Assembly (NCBI GenBank): GCA_051362555.1
Contig: CM120648.1
Span: forward strand, 11,094,587 to 11,158,586
From: Lingula anatina
Lineage: Eukaryota > Animalia > Brachiopoda
Length of the DNA: 64,000 nt
Reading direction: 5' to 3'
The notes under the pieces were generated by a model. The model was not told the DNA's origin, did no database searches, and worked only from the letters and a program-made list of their open reading frames with translations. Each line of letters starts with the position of its first letter. Position 1 is the stretch's first letter. The translations under genes and the position numbers were made by a program. This document shows positions 14,443 to 26,766 of the stretch, piece after piece.

Positions 14443-14445
14443 AAG

Positions 14446-15751
14446 TGGAAACCCATTAACTAAAATTTCCCCAGGCACATTTGATGGTGTTTCAAACCTA
14501 AGTGCTTTAGACCTTAGTATGCTTCATATCAAGACCATTCATGCACATACATTTAAAGGCTTAGACTCGTTAAAAAATCTGAATATAAGTTTCAACAAAA
14601 TGTCCACGATAAAGGATGGTGCTTTTCATGGTTTGCCCAAATTGGATGCAGTTGATATGTCTGGGAATGAGGGAATCTTTGTCGAAACTGAAGTTTTCGT
14701 AAATTTTTCAGCTAAAACATTAATAACAGACAGGTTTGGAATCTGTTGTCTCGCTGTTGGGAAAGTAAACGAATGTTTACCTAAACCTGACGAATTTTCC
14801 TCATGCTCTGATTTGCTTTACGATAAGATCTTACAAGTCTCTGTCTGGATTATGGGGATTCTTAGTTTGGTTGGGAACCTTTTTGTTTTTGTGAACAGAC
14901 TATGTGAAAACAAAATGACCCCTCAAATATTTTTCATAGTTAACCTCTCAGTTTCTGATTTTCTTATGGGTGTATATTTGATCATAATCGCCACGGTTGA
15001 CACTCTCTACCGTGGGGAGTATTTTGTTCATGCCGAGGTCTGGACAGATAGTGTGTTATGCAAGACTGCGGGGTTCCTTACCATGCTTTCAACATTGATG
15101 TCTATGCTGATATTAGTTTTGATTACAACAGACAGAATAATAGCCATTGTGTTCTGCATGTCGTTTCGAAAAATTGGAATGAAAAGAGCGTCCGTTTTAG
15201 TGTCAGTTGGGTGGGCCTTTTGCTTTATCGCAAGTATCATTCCTTGTGTCGAAAATGGATATTTCGAGAAATTCTATGGTCATAATTCTGTGTGTATACC
15301 CTTTACAATAAGCAGAGTATACTTTGGTGGTCGTGAGTACGCGTACGCCATGTTTTTATTTACCTCTCTTTTCGCTTTTGTCTACGTGGCAGGGGCGTAT
15401 ATATGTATAATAAAAAGCGTTTTTAAGACTCAACAGCAATCTGGACGTGAGGGTTTTGGTGAAGTAATTTTTTTGAAAAAAGTGTCCATTATTTTACTAA
15501 CAGATTGTGCATGCTGGGGCCCGGTTACCTTGTTAGGGTTTCTAAGTATGGCCAACGTGTCAATTGCACCACAAGTGTCAAGCTGGGTAGCCGTGTTCGT
15601 GATGCCGTTGAATTCCGCTATCAACCCCTATTTGTACACACTTACCAACGTAAGAAACAAAGAAAAATCAACGACACGCTACACTTGTGTAGCCAGACAC
15701 AGACATAATAAACAAGAACAAGTACCAACAATCAAAGAAACCGAGCTATGA
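14446..15751 (+). CDS. GRL101-like GPCR, exon 2, 3' part: remaining LRRs, type C LGR hinge, rhodopsin-class 7TM
   Basis: Resumes in frame as (S)GNPLTKISPGTFDG upstream of ORF 14519..15751. Hinge ICCL...CLPKPDEFSSCSDLL. TM motifs GNLFV, NLSVSDFLMGVY, TDR, CWGP, PLNSAINPYLY. Stop TGA 15749-15751. Confidence 0.92.
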
Positions 15752-18700
15752 CCATCTTTACCCCCGCGCTTTGTTAGTTTGTTGGAGGGCATCACTTGAA
15801 AATGTTACGGTGCTTTGGTCAGGGGAAATGTTGAGGCAAGGTTTTGGGGTATTTAGGGCAGAATTAACTTTTCGGATCCCACGAGACACATGATAGTTTG
15901 TTTGGCTTATGTTTAGAATTCAACATGGATTAGTTTGTCAATTGCAGAACAGCTCGATACATGATCTATGAAGATGAAACTTTTTAACTGTAGTTAGTTT
16001 GATTCAGGAAATATCTGTAAAATATTTTTTTAGATTTTTTTGGAAAACATAATCTGCTATTTGTGTTTGTAAATGGAAAAGTTGGTCAATTTTTTTTTTC
16101 AATTTTGACCTGGTCCTGTATTTACAGCACGGCAATATCTACAGGTGGCAATGTGTATCATATGTTGTATGGAATTGTATGTAAGGTTCAATGTGTATTA
16201 TATGTTGCATGGAACTGTATGTAAAGTTCAGTGGCTTATTGCAAGCCAACATATGTCATGGCAAGAGACTATATTTCTGATGAAATGAGACTACATGTGA
16301 GTAAAACTGTATTGCATGTGAACATTATCTTGTCTTGGTCATATACAGTGACTTATATTGAAATAGATGTAATGGTTCCTGTCAGTTCACATTGATATCT
16401 TTGTGAAGTATGTAATCTTGAATGAATTTTACATGTTAATAAAACTTGAATGAACCAAAGAACTATTCTTTTATCATTGATCAACAACAACAAAAAATAA
16501 TAATAAATTTGAATGGTCTTATCTGCCAGCTGCTAAAAAGTATAAAATCATCATAATCAATTCCAAGTACAGTGTATGTTTAACCAGTATCACACCCAAG
16601 TATCACAAATCTGGGTATGAAAAAGAACTGAAAAAAAAAAAAAACGGATTTATATTTAACCAACAACACCTGGGCAAAAGCATTGGATAACTGACAATTT
16701 GATTTAAAAATACACTGAAAGTTTCCCAGTCATATTGTCTACATGTCCTTCAAGGCTACATATCCTTCCCAATTCAGACTTTAATATATCGAAACGGTAT
16801 CTGACGTAGCTCTTTCTAAGATGTAAGGGCACATTCCAAATGGAACTATTATTCCACGTAGACCGATTTAACTCTACGGGAATTCTTGCTGAATGCAATC
16901 AGATGAACAGATTAAAACGCCTCCTTGTGGCGAACAATAACATGTAGAAAAGCTGGTGATTATTCGAGTACGTTGGAGACAAGGGGAAGCGTGTTAAGAG
17001 AAGACATCTTTTTTTAAACTACTGGCCAGGGACATGTGTGCATGTCGTTTTTACACCTTAGAATGCATAAGTAACGCCGACATTCAAAAATCTTTTGTCC
17101 TTGCTGTTATGACTTCCAAGTTAGATCACTGTATAAAAACAAATTTTCTTTAATACCGAGAGGTATAAGTCATTCAAAACTATTCACAGAATAACAGTCC
17201 ATAATCCTCTTAACTTCCGATTTTCTAGGTTTGAGTCATTCACTTAATGGAGATAAAAACTAGTGGATTTCAATTGCGAGCGTGCACATTGAAAATTATA
17301 TTCAATGAAAAAGGTTAGCATAGGGTAAACCTTACTGGTAAAGGGAAATGTGCTTTTTTTCTTTTTGTTATTTAAAATGTCTCGAGCGCACCACTTGCCT
17401 TTAAACGGGTGAGATTTCGCACAAACTGTTATAGGTGAGATTGATATCTATTGTGCTGCATTTTCACATCTATACCATCTTCACTATAGATGCATAAATT
17501 GTGTTCAGTTTCAAACATATAGATTTGCCAGTAATTTAGTTGTCTGAGCCCTTAAATTATGTCCTCTACACAGGTGCAATAACAAATATATCTTTTCTCC
17601 CAAAGGATATGATTTAACTTCAGCACACTGCAGTTATGGAAAAAACTAAGGAATTAAAGTGGTCATCAGACGATGCCAGGAAGACATTAATTAGGGTAGG
17701 TTCATCTCAAACCTGAACGCACCTTTCACCTTCCAGGCATTATAAATGGATTAGGCATGGGCGAAGTCAAACCTCAGATTCATGCCACAAATGCCTAAAT
17801 AGGGTACCCGATTTTCGGAAAGTAAAATTAGTAGTCAAAAGCACAGCGTTACGACACGCGAACCGCTCTAACGCTGTATTCGTATATTCTAATTTTAGGT
17901 CTATATATTTATCGTGGCATGAGTAATTAATTTGGGAATTCGCGCTCCCAAATTTACTGCTCGAGGTAGCAAACGACGTTAATCGTTTATAAGGCCTGTA
18001 CATTACTGAAAAAGTGACACTACTAGTACATTTGCTAATACCCTGTGGGGAAATAAGCAATTTGTTAAAATAGCATTCGACAATAATCGTTTATGAGGCC
18101 TGTACATTATTGAAAAAGTGACGATAACATCCCGTGGCAAAATAAGCAATTTGTTAAAAGCAATTAAAAAAAGAATAAGCACAATATCAGAAACATTTCT
18201 CACTTATAAATTAATTCTGGAATGAGTATCCAGTAGAATGTAAGGGGTGGTTTTGAGCAGTGAAGTTTACTGGAAGATAACATGAAATAAAAAGGAAAAA
18301 AATCTTAACCCATCCTTAGGTACATATACACATTTCATGTCCTAACATCTTATAATGCTATGAAAGTTTCACTTAAGTAGCGAAGTATTTTCAGTTTTCA
18401 TTTCGTGTCCCAAATCTCGAATATTTAAACAGCTGGGAATTTAAGTCTAATTAAAATGGACTGGGGTGATATCAATTGAACTTACGGCGATGATAAGAGA
18501 ACACCAATTAGGCTTGATTTATATATATTTATATATACACACGAAGAGCAATTTTTGTTTTCCAGTGTGTATGACGTAAAAAGCATGATATGACAAAAAG
18601 CATGACAACACAGCTGCAAGACAGACTGGTTTGTCTGTGTCCCATATTTAGCGCTGTTTTATTGTCATTTGCGGCTTAGAATTTTAATTTTCAAAAAAAG

Positions 18701-18870
18701 CTTTAAATACACAACACTGTTTGAAAACACAAAATTGTCTGTTATAATAAGACAAATCTATTCCCTTTCTCATAATAGCATCCACAATGTAATCAAACAC
18801 ATAGGAATATGTTGAAAGACTTTCAATGATGATAACCCATTGTTGTTACCCACTATTGCGGACGTGTATA

Positions 18871-20493
18871 TACTGATCTGCTCATAAGTTAAGCAACAGC
18901 CAGATTTTTTTCAAAAGTTTATTCTATCATGATCATTATTTCATTTGTTAGTGGAATAATGCATATCTCTTTCGTATTTTATAAATAACCTATTCAAATT
19001 GAATATTTCTGTTAATGAAATACGCCACATAGCTTATTGTAATAATCAAAATAACTTTATAAACCAAACGGTACCAAAAAATGCAAAACCATGTGTCTAA
19101 AAAGTATGCCCACACAGCAAAAAGTGCGTGGTGATTAAAACAGCTTACCACGACAGAATAAAGTTCAATCATCTAAGAATTAGTTTTAATAAAAGAAGAC
19201 TGTAGATAATAAATGATTAATCGTCTATTATCCAATAAATATTGGATGTGCCTTCCCTGGTTTTGAACACAATGTCCCCTGCAATTTGCCACCAAATTTT
19301 GTCAATCTTGCATTATGAGCCGGTTCCATTCCTAAATTACTGCCTGCTGGAGCTTTCTTATCTTTCCTACTGGAGATTGTCTCTCATTTACTCTGTCAAT
19401 CATATCTTTAGCATGTTCAGTTCGATGAGAATTGGCGAATATGCAGGGCCATCCGAATTTGGGATACCATGCTGTTGCACATCGATTTGCACGGGCCGTG
19501 CTTTACGGATGGGAGAATTACCCTGCACCAAAATGATATTTCTTCCTGGATTTGCTTGAATGTTTGATTGCATGCGCCCCAATGGTATTTAGTCTCTGTA
19601 TCGTTAACGATTTTATCTCCCTTGCATGACGTACAGTGGCAATTTTCCATCATATGAGAAAGCGCACCATACTAAGACGGATATTCCGCCACCCTGAATA
19701 CGTTGGTGAACACAATCATCCTGAAACGCTTGGTTTGGACCTCTCCAGACTCCTAGCCGACCATCTGCATATATCAAAGTGAATCTGCTCTCGTCAGTCC
19801 ACAGGACCCTTCACCCAGTCTTGAGATTCCATTTTTCTCGGCATCTGGCATATGCCAGTCTTATCTGATTGTGTCTTTTGGTGGCTTTTTACGAGGTCTT
19901 TTAGATGGAATTTCAGCTTCTAAAAGATGCTTGTTGACTGTCTGCCTACTGACTCGAACTCTTTTTAATCCAGGCCATTTTTTCTTGGTTGTTTGGCCGA
20001 CATTAACCTGTTCTGGTGGCGTAGTCGAACCAAACATCTTCCAACTCTACCAGAAAGAGGCTTGTCTAATATATGATTAGTTTGGCGCCATTTTGCTACC
20101 ATCTTGGACACTTGACTTGATGCTACTCTCTGTTGCCTTGCAATCTACCTCTCTGGCATCCCAGCATGATGGCTTCCTATAATTTGCCATATGATTACCT
20201 AGTTGAGTCTTCATCTAATCATTGGTTGGTACAATATTACAAATTTTGCCCATGAAACTAGCCAAACTGGAAGCTCCGCATGGCATGCCAAAACTTTGTT
20301 TTTCGCAAGTGGCACCCCTATTGCATATTCTACCTGCCCAGCAGTAAATAGTACTCAAATGTCACGGTCCACTAGTGCAAAGAAAGAACGAGAGACATTT
20401 CTAGCTACTGTACACATTTTGCCTCAATGAAAAGGTTGGTTGCTGAGAAATTTGAGAAATAAGAAAGTGTTGCTTAACTTATGAGCATCAGTG
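18871..20493 (-). mobile_element. Decayed Tc1/mariner element with TIRs
   Basis: TIRs (T/C)ACTGAT(CT)GCTCATAAGTTAAGCAACA at both ends, TA-flanked. Internal minus-strand remnants VLWTDESRF (about 19780-19808), RKAR.V...QQHGIP..DGPAYSP and terminal GRHIQY. Confidence 0.8.
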
Positions 20494-20957
20494 TATATAT
20501 ATATAGGGTCGCTAAACGATTGTTGACGGCATATAGTGACTACCCTAATCCCCTGGTCGCCTGGGTAGGCACGCCCCCTTAGAGAACTTATGTAAACAAA
20601 CGGTCTCCGGTAGCGAACCATCCTTTTGTTCAACAGCTTCAAGCGCGCAGCGGATTATATCTTTAGTGACACTAGCTAACTGCAGTTAAAATTGTGCCAG
20701 CTGTTATTTGATGTAATTTTGCTATATCGGACGTTGTGGACCAGCCCACTGGTTCATTGACTCATTTCTTTTCTGAAGATCGATGCAGAATTTTGGTGCT
20801 TAAGTATTTCAATGATAATAACCCATTGTTGTTACCCAGTATTGCGGACGTGTGTCTGTGTGTGTGTGTGTGTGTGTTTCCTGTACGAGTAAACATATAT
20901 GTGACAAAAAGAAATAAAAAACAGCAGTTATTTTAACTGCTTTTTTATTTCTTTTTG

Positions 20958-20990
<33 letters not shown>

Positions 20991-21647
20991 AATTACAAAG
21001 AAAAGTGTAAATTAATAGCAAAACTTTGCTCTATTTGCAGGCACAGCTATAAAAAAATTCCCCAAAGTTATCCTTCAGAAAATGCAGATATTTTCCCAAA
21101 AGGTCAACAAAACATTAAAGGGAAGAATTTTTCCTATAATCTGTATAAAATCTAGATAATTAAAATAACGCACTAACAAATGAAGCCCACCTTAACTTAA
21201 CATTTCTTTAGTAAATGTTACTAAATCAGTCTACATGTCTTTTCTTTAAACATTAAACATCATTAAAAGTATCATCCTCAGATGTATTTTACAAATCAAA
21301 GATAATGAAATACAACTATATCTCATTTGCCACACCTGTAAGTATCATAACATGTGCCTTGATATAAGACATCCTCTGTTCATGCCACACAAACAAATTA
21401 ACCAATTAACTTATATTTATCCATTAAGACATAGGACCAATTTGTTTTATATAATAGGATCCTTTGGGATTTTGAACCTATTTCCTAGAGGACCTCCTAA
21501 AGCACTATAGTAAATAAGGAAATTATTCTGACGCGAATGCCATGTTATCCTGCTCCATTTCAATGATGAGCTGCAGTTATCATTGATTCATATTTTTAAA
21601 CCTGTAAATCCGTTCTTGAAAATTGTACGTTGAAGTTTCAGCACACA

Positions 21648-22577
21648 TCACAGTTTGTTCTTCTTTAACCATGAGTCCAATGTCTTTTTGTCGTGTTCCA
21701 CCTGACCTTTTACTTTTGTTGCCAAATCTGCTCTCACGTTATATCTGGTGCCCACTGCCATAGTGTGTATAACCCTTACATTAGCAATTTTCTTTGATCT
21801 ATTTGGTTTATAAACCGCTGTTATCCAATCGTCGGCAAACCAGCCCGTAAAAACAGCAGGGTAATGAAACTCAAATATTTCAATATGTGTCCTGTGAACG
21901 AAATCATACGTCATAATAGCTGTATTTCCTCCTTGGTGATTTGGTCCGACAACGCCAACATTTGGTGGAATGAACTTGGAGAGTTCAGCGATGAATGTTT
22001 CAGTCCATGACTTTGTCACCATTTTCGTGTCATCATTAATTCGGTAAAGGTAGTCGATTGAGTCACTGTACGCCGCTATCATTGCATAATTCTGAGCATG
22101 TGCTGGAGCTCCTTTGCATGGGCAGCGAACAAAATGCAGATATATAGGAATAGACGATGAGCAAAGCTTTTTGACCATGTCCATAAATTTAGCCTTGAAA
22201 CTATCTCGCGAATTTTGATCTTTGAAGAAAGCATCCGTGTAATCGTAGCTAATGTAGAAATGATAGGAGTAGCCTTTCGAAACTGTCTCACAGAAACTTG
22301 GCATCAACGTTGTAAAAACTGGAAGTGTGGACAAAACTGACGATATATTAAATGCTTTGGTACTGACAGCACAACCGATGCCGATCGATATCTTTTTTGT
22401 GTTCATTCCTATAGTGAACTCTCTTTCATTGTTCCTGAATATGGAAGGTACATAAATGTATTTTTTCAGTCGAGTCATGTTTGTAACGTCCATGTCATAC
22501 ATGATGATGAAGGTAGATGCTGTGATCATTATACAAATCAACATGGTAACCATAATGCCTTCCTTCAATGACGCCAT
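21648..22577 (-). CDS. Type II membrane GT-A-fold glycosyltransferase-like protein, copy 1 (subtype A)
   Basis: Uninterrupted ORF. Short tail, TM anchor and stem. YLYRINDDT (DxD-equivalent), GVVGP, WFADDW (xED-like), VIHT (C-terminal His). An alternative in-frame ATG at 22583 is not conserved in paralogues. Confidence 0.85.
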   Translation of the reverse strand: MASLKEGIMVTMLICIMITASTFIIMYDMDVTNMTRLKKYIYVPSIFRNNEREFTIGMNTKKISIGIGCAVSTKAFNISSVLSTLPVFTTLMPSFCETVSKGYSYHFYISYDYTDAFFKDQNSRDSFKAKFMDMVKKLCSSSIPIYLHFVRCPCKGAPAHAQNYAMIAAYSDSIDYLYRINDDTKMVTKSWTETFIAELSKFIPPNVGVVGPNHQGGNTAIMTYDFVHRTHIEIFEFHYPAVFTGWFADDWITAVYKPNRSKKIANVRVIHTMAVGTRYNVRADLATKVKGQVEHDKKTLDSWLKKNKL

Positions 22578-22599
22578 TTTCATTAAACTCTGGAATCAT

Positions 22600-23330
22600 A
22601 AATTGAACTCAAAGTCTATTTCTTTTCAGTCGAGCAATGTTTAAATGTCCCAATCATAGATGATGATTGAAATTCCAAGTTGTGATTATTATGCAAACCA
22701 CCATAGAGGCCTTTGGAGACATCATTTAAAAAAAATAAAACGTCGATAATCGAGATATTAACTTAACTTTTTGAATGTGCGTTATGTATTTAGACAACAG
22801 ATAAAGTATCTTTTATGCAGTATCACAGGCTTTATGTTATTATCTCCCAAAGTGCACCAATGACTTGTTGCCTTGAAAAGTATGACGTCATAATGTAGAT
22901 ATGACGTCACCGTGAAGAATATGTATCCGTCATGCACACAGCCTTCAAACTGTCAAATGGCGCGTGAACTTAGTAGCTCCCGTGGTCCATTTATTTCTTT
23001 TCTGCTGTCTTGGTCCTAAGTCGGGATGTTGTTTCCTCTTAAAAACTGGTACTATTCCAATGGGATGATCTTTACTGCAAAAAATAATTTGGTACTAAAG
23101 TCATAATGGATAACGATAGAGATATCGAACTTAATCTATTGGCATCAGATAGTGGAATTGTGAGCTTAGGGGCTTCGAATTTTAGTTCATTGTAATAAGG
23201 ATAATATTAGAGTATGGTTAATCTAAAAATGTTATATTTTTATTGACAGGTTGATGCTGGATATGCTATTCTGGGTGGGAACAGGGGGTCCACGTGCAAC
23301 CCCGTATCAAACATTGGGGAATATAGGCCA
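22600..23330. repeat. Duplicated 5' flank of subtype A GT genes (paralogous to about 29540-30270 and 38750-39450)
   Basis: Collinear shared strings, e.g. tatgacgtca, ccgtcatgc, ttttctgctg.c.tgg, ggatga.ctt.actgcaaaa, gggaaca.gg.gtccacgtgc. Confidence 0.85.
22883..22909. promoter_or_regulatory. Paired palindromic CRE-type sites (TGACGTCA x2) upstream of GT copy 1
   Basis: TGACGTCA at 22883 and 22902. Same pair at 29829/29848 (copy 2) and 39015/39034 (copy 3, second site TGACATCA). Function inferred only. Confidence 0.4.
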
Positions 23331-24329
23331 TGAACCGAACACTTTGTCAGTATCAAAAAAGGGATGAATTCTCATAGTGATATTTAGCAGGGCCTAGGTA
23401 TTTCTCTAGTGTCCAAATATGTGTGATAGCATTCTCAATCTGGTAGCTTTTTTGTGCTATCACACCTTATACAACCCCACCCCACCAGCAGCAAGTACTT
23501 TTTTTCAGATGGGGGTAGGGGAAAGAAAGTGTTTAGAATATCAGGACGGTAAAAGATATATCAATGTATCATATATCATTATGGAAGCAAGGGATGGGAC
23601 ATTTAACTTCATAAGTGAAAGATGGGTGACAATTAGGCAAGGTTCATTGATAATGGGTCAGAGGTTACAAGAGGTCATATTTTATGGAATTTTCATAAAT
23701 CAGAACCAAAATGTTTTTTTCAACATTGGAACGCCTACTAAAGCTGCTAAACGACAATTAATTACCCCTTAGCAGCTTCAGTAGGCGCGAAAGACATATA
23801 AGCCGCTTAAATTGATTGCAATTAAGCGAGATTCCCTTCGGAGATAGATCGATCCAAAGTTAGTACGATAGAGCCTGGGAATCGTCCCTTACCCTCAGGT
23901 GACCCCACTCCCTACATATCTATGACACTGACTGTGACTTGATTATTGATAATAAAGAACTCAACGACAATATAAAATAAAGCCCATCTTCCTGCAGGGA
24001 TGTTTAAAGGTATTGGTGAAAGAATTATATTAGTATAAAAAAAATACACATCCATCCCACCCCAGAGACATTCCCACTCCTGGGGTCCTAAGGTCCTAAA
24101 TAGCGTTCCTTAGTATAAAACAAACGTCATAAAGCGATTACTGTTGCTTGTAATATCATGTATTGATAAACCCATGCAAAAAATTTAAGTTGTAAATAAT
24201 ATAAATTTAATCACAAAATCAGTTTATCCCAAGGGACGCCAATCCATGGAAACAGATCTGTGCAGCTGCTTGGGTCCCGACTGTTGATAATAAATACAGA
24301 AATAACAAAGTGAAAAATCTGCCTTCGTG

Positions 24330-26240
24330 CGTGGCTATTTAAAAATACCGCTGGAATTTCTTTATGTGAGAAAAAAAGACCGAACCAGTCACCGCCAGCA
24401 ACTACCCCCCCCCCCCCCCCCCGTCGCCCCGTCACAGTACACTTTACATGCTCGATGACACAAATATGAAGGTCTATCAATCCCCAGAGTTTCAACATTT
24501 AATCGAAAAAAAGAGAAGATATCGGACATTGCAATATGAAAAATAGAATCATCCACCCTTGGGGACAGCCCCGCCCCCAGAAAAACTATGATTCAGAAGA
24601 GTTTATTTTAAAAGAAGATAGGTTTAACTGTCCCCAACGTTTCAAGTCCCTCGCATGAATGGCTCTAAGAGAAGATGAAGGAAATTAGGTCAATGTAAAA
24701 AAACAGAATAATCCTTCCCCGGGGACAACCTCAACCCCCAGTCGTACTAAAATTACGCAGGACCCACGCCCATCCCTTGTGATATACCTTTTAATCTCCA
24801 AAGTTCTCCGTACCTAACTCTAATGGTCTAAGAGGAGACAGACATACGGACTTACGGGCGGGATAAGGACATGCTCCCCGCGACACGTTTTATGAATAGC
24901 ACAAGTGCGGGAATAAAAACATCAGCTGGTAACAAAGGTATTAAAGGTCGAAAATGCACGGAATATGTGTCGAGACGTGATTCTGGTAAAGGCGTGTCGA
25001 TCATCTTATCTAAAAAACAAACTAAAGCGAGTAATTTCGACAGAAATGGTGACCTACGCCATCTTTGCAAGGTGAATACTACGGCGACAACGCCCTCCTT
25101 TACTCACCTGTCTTCCAGGCTTAGCAAGTTTTCATGTCATACTCGTTGCCAGAATCAGAACTGTTTTAACCTTCCTTGGATCTTGTTTGTCAACCTCACA
25201 GATATAAACTGCCCTCGTATAAAAGTGATTGCGGGTAGAGACAGATATCGATATATTAAAAAAAAAAACTTTATGTAAGCCCTCTTAAGTTGCAACCTAC
25301 AATGTGCATCGTAAGCCACTCAAGAAAAACTGTATGGATCCCGGTTTATTATTATTTAAAGTGTGGATATTTTCACCTCCTGTATTCTCTGTACCATGAA
25401 CCATGTTAGATATTTGAAAGAAAAAGCACTGTTTATAACAATACACACCTGTAAGGTGTATGGTCTTTTGTAAAAAAGAAAAGCAAATTGCCTTTGAGGT
25501 TAGACAATTTTTTTGTGTATTATGCCGTACAATACATGACTGATGCAGAAGAGGTCAACACATCGACTGAGCTATTTTAAGCTGAGGTGATTACACCCGT
25601 ACAGTGTATTATACAGCAATGAGTTATACCTGGGATATTAGCGCACACGTATAAAAATCACTTGATGCGTATAGGTTTGTTGTAAAAGGCATTGAACTCA
25701 GAGAGTAAACAGGGCGTTCTATTTACCTGGTGGGATAACCAGTCAGTTGGGTAGCAGGTCAAATGAGGTGGCGTGCGTTTGCTTTATAGATACAATAATA
25801 GGGGCCATTCAGAATGAGAAGAGCCGATTGCTAGCTAGGCCACGACCTAAATATGGCGGACCTATATGAAAGGAAGAGCACCTTTAATTGTCTCCCCGCC
25901 TCTCACACGCCTTTCCACGCGTCGTCCCTCTACCGGTTTAACTGAGCCGAGATTTAATTACTGTGTCCCTGCAGGGACGGCGCGTGGAAAGGCGTGTGAG
26001 AGGCAGAGAGACCATTACAGGATTAAGCGGTCGTCCTTTCATGTAGGTCCGCCATATTTAAGCCGTGGACCAGCTAGCACTCGCCTATTCTTTTTCTGAA
26101 TGGCCCCCTGATCTCACTGTGAAAAGGTGACTATAGATGACGACGCCTGAAGTAGAACGTGTTCTTAACGCCGCAACCTAAAATATAAAGTTCTGTCTTA
26201 AGTGGTGTTGGCAGCATATGCTCTTTTTACTAAAATCTAT
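24330..26240. repeat. Segmentally duplicated intergenic block (paralogous to about 34030-35845 and 44640-45880)
   Basis: Long collinear matches, e.g. aaatagaatcatccacccttggggacagccccgccccca, gtgcgggaataaaa, gaaatggtgaccta, taagccactcaa, ctatagatga.ga.gcctga. Begins with a HINE/Helentron-like end (GGAC/AGAC microsatellite, then hairpin, then ATAAAA). Confidence 0.85.
25801..26107. mobile_element. Palindromic Harbinger/Tourist-like MITE
   Basis: GGGGCCATTCAGAA ... TTCTGAATGGCCCC, almost wholly self-complementary. Absent from the paralogous site near 35725. Confidence 0.8.
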
Positions 26241-26242
26241 TA

Positions 26243-26467
26243 GAGACCATTCCCACAGATATTTAGATCGGCCTATACCCCTAGGGAGTCTCACTAGATT
26301 GCTGTAAGCTTAACCGGCTTAAAGTCTGTCCCGCCCACTAAAAGCTGTAAGGGGGTAGTTAACTTTTGTGAGCGCTCAGCTCCCAGAATCTGACAGCAAT
26401 TTAGCGTGAACCCCGAGGGAGTTAGGTCGATCCAGATGGAACGAACTAAATCTGTGGGAACCCAGTC
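26243..26467. mobile_element. Harbinger/Tourist-like MITE family 1, copy a
   Basis: TTA on both sides. TIR core TTCCCACAGAT. Internal ggagtctcactagatt...agcgtgaacccc is shared with three other copies. Confidence 0.8.
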
Positions 26468-26614
26468 TTAGAGCGCATTCAGAACAGGTTGATCTGCGGC
26501 CAAGCAGGACCGCCGATCCGATCAAATATGGCCGACCCACTTAAAAGCAGTGCCGACTTATGCCCTGATGATTTGCCAGCCTCCACTCGAGCCATTCCTG
26601 AAGGGGCCTAGCAG

Positions 26615-26766
26615 TTAAACGTGCAACACTGCTAAAATGTTAAGCATTTTCTTCTGTGAGAAGCTTGAAAAGCTATACGTGTTTAGCTTTTACACATATT
26701 TCTAAATGCGTTTAGGTGCTAAACGTGTGTTGTACGTGTTTAAATGCTAAACACTGTTTTACAGTG
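26615..26766. repeat. Fragment of a CACTG-terminated (EnSpm/CACTA-like) repeat family
   Basis: Ends ttaaatgctaaacactgttttacagtg, as also at about 6829-6856. Shares ttcttctgtga.aagcttgaaaagc with about 2627-2651. Confidence 0.5.

Noticed and set aside
10569-14445. Idea that the Academ-like insertion is spliced out precisely as an intron (GT at 10569, AG at 14444-14445)
   Set aside because: That splice removes one base too many and frameshifts. The alternative acceptor CAG at 14417 is in frame but hits TAA at 14441-14443. No clean rescue is visible, though more distant cryptic sites cannot be excluded.
16690-16930. Possible LINE ORF2 C-terminal remnant (HSARIPVELNR...VPLHLR...ICSL) on the minus strand
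   Set aside because: The resemblance is weak and no RT motifs are readable, so it is not supportable as a feature.
22079-22291. Recurrent alternative-frame ORFs inside GT genes (also 29026..29238, 38050..38262, 49291..49479 and antisense ORFs)
   Set aside because: Shadows of the conserved GT frame, mostly with non-ATG starts and no independent evidence.
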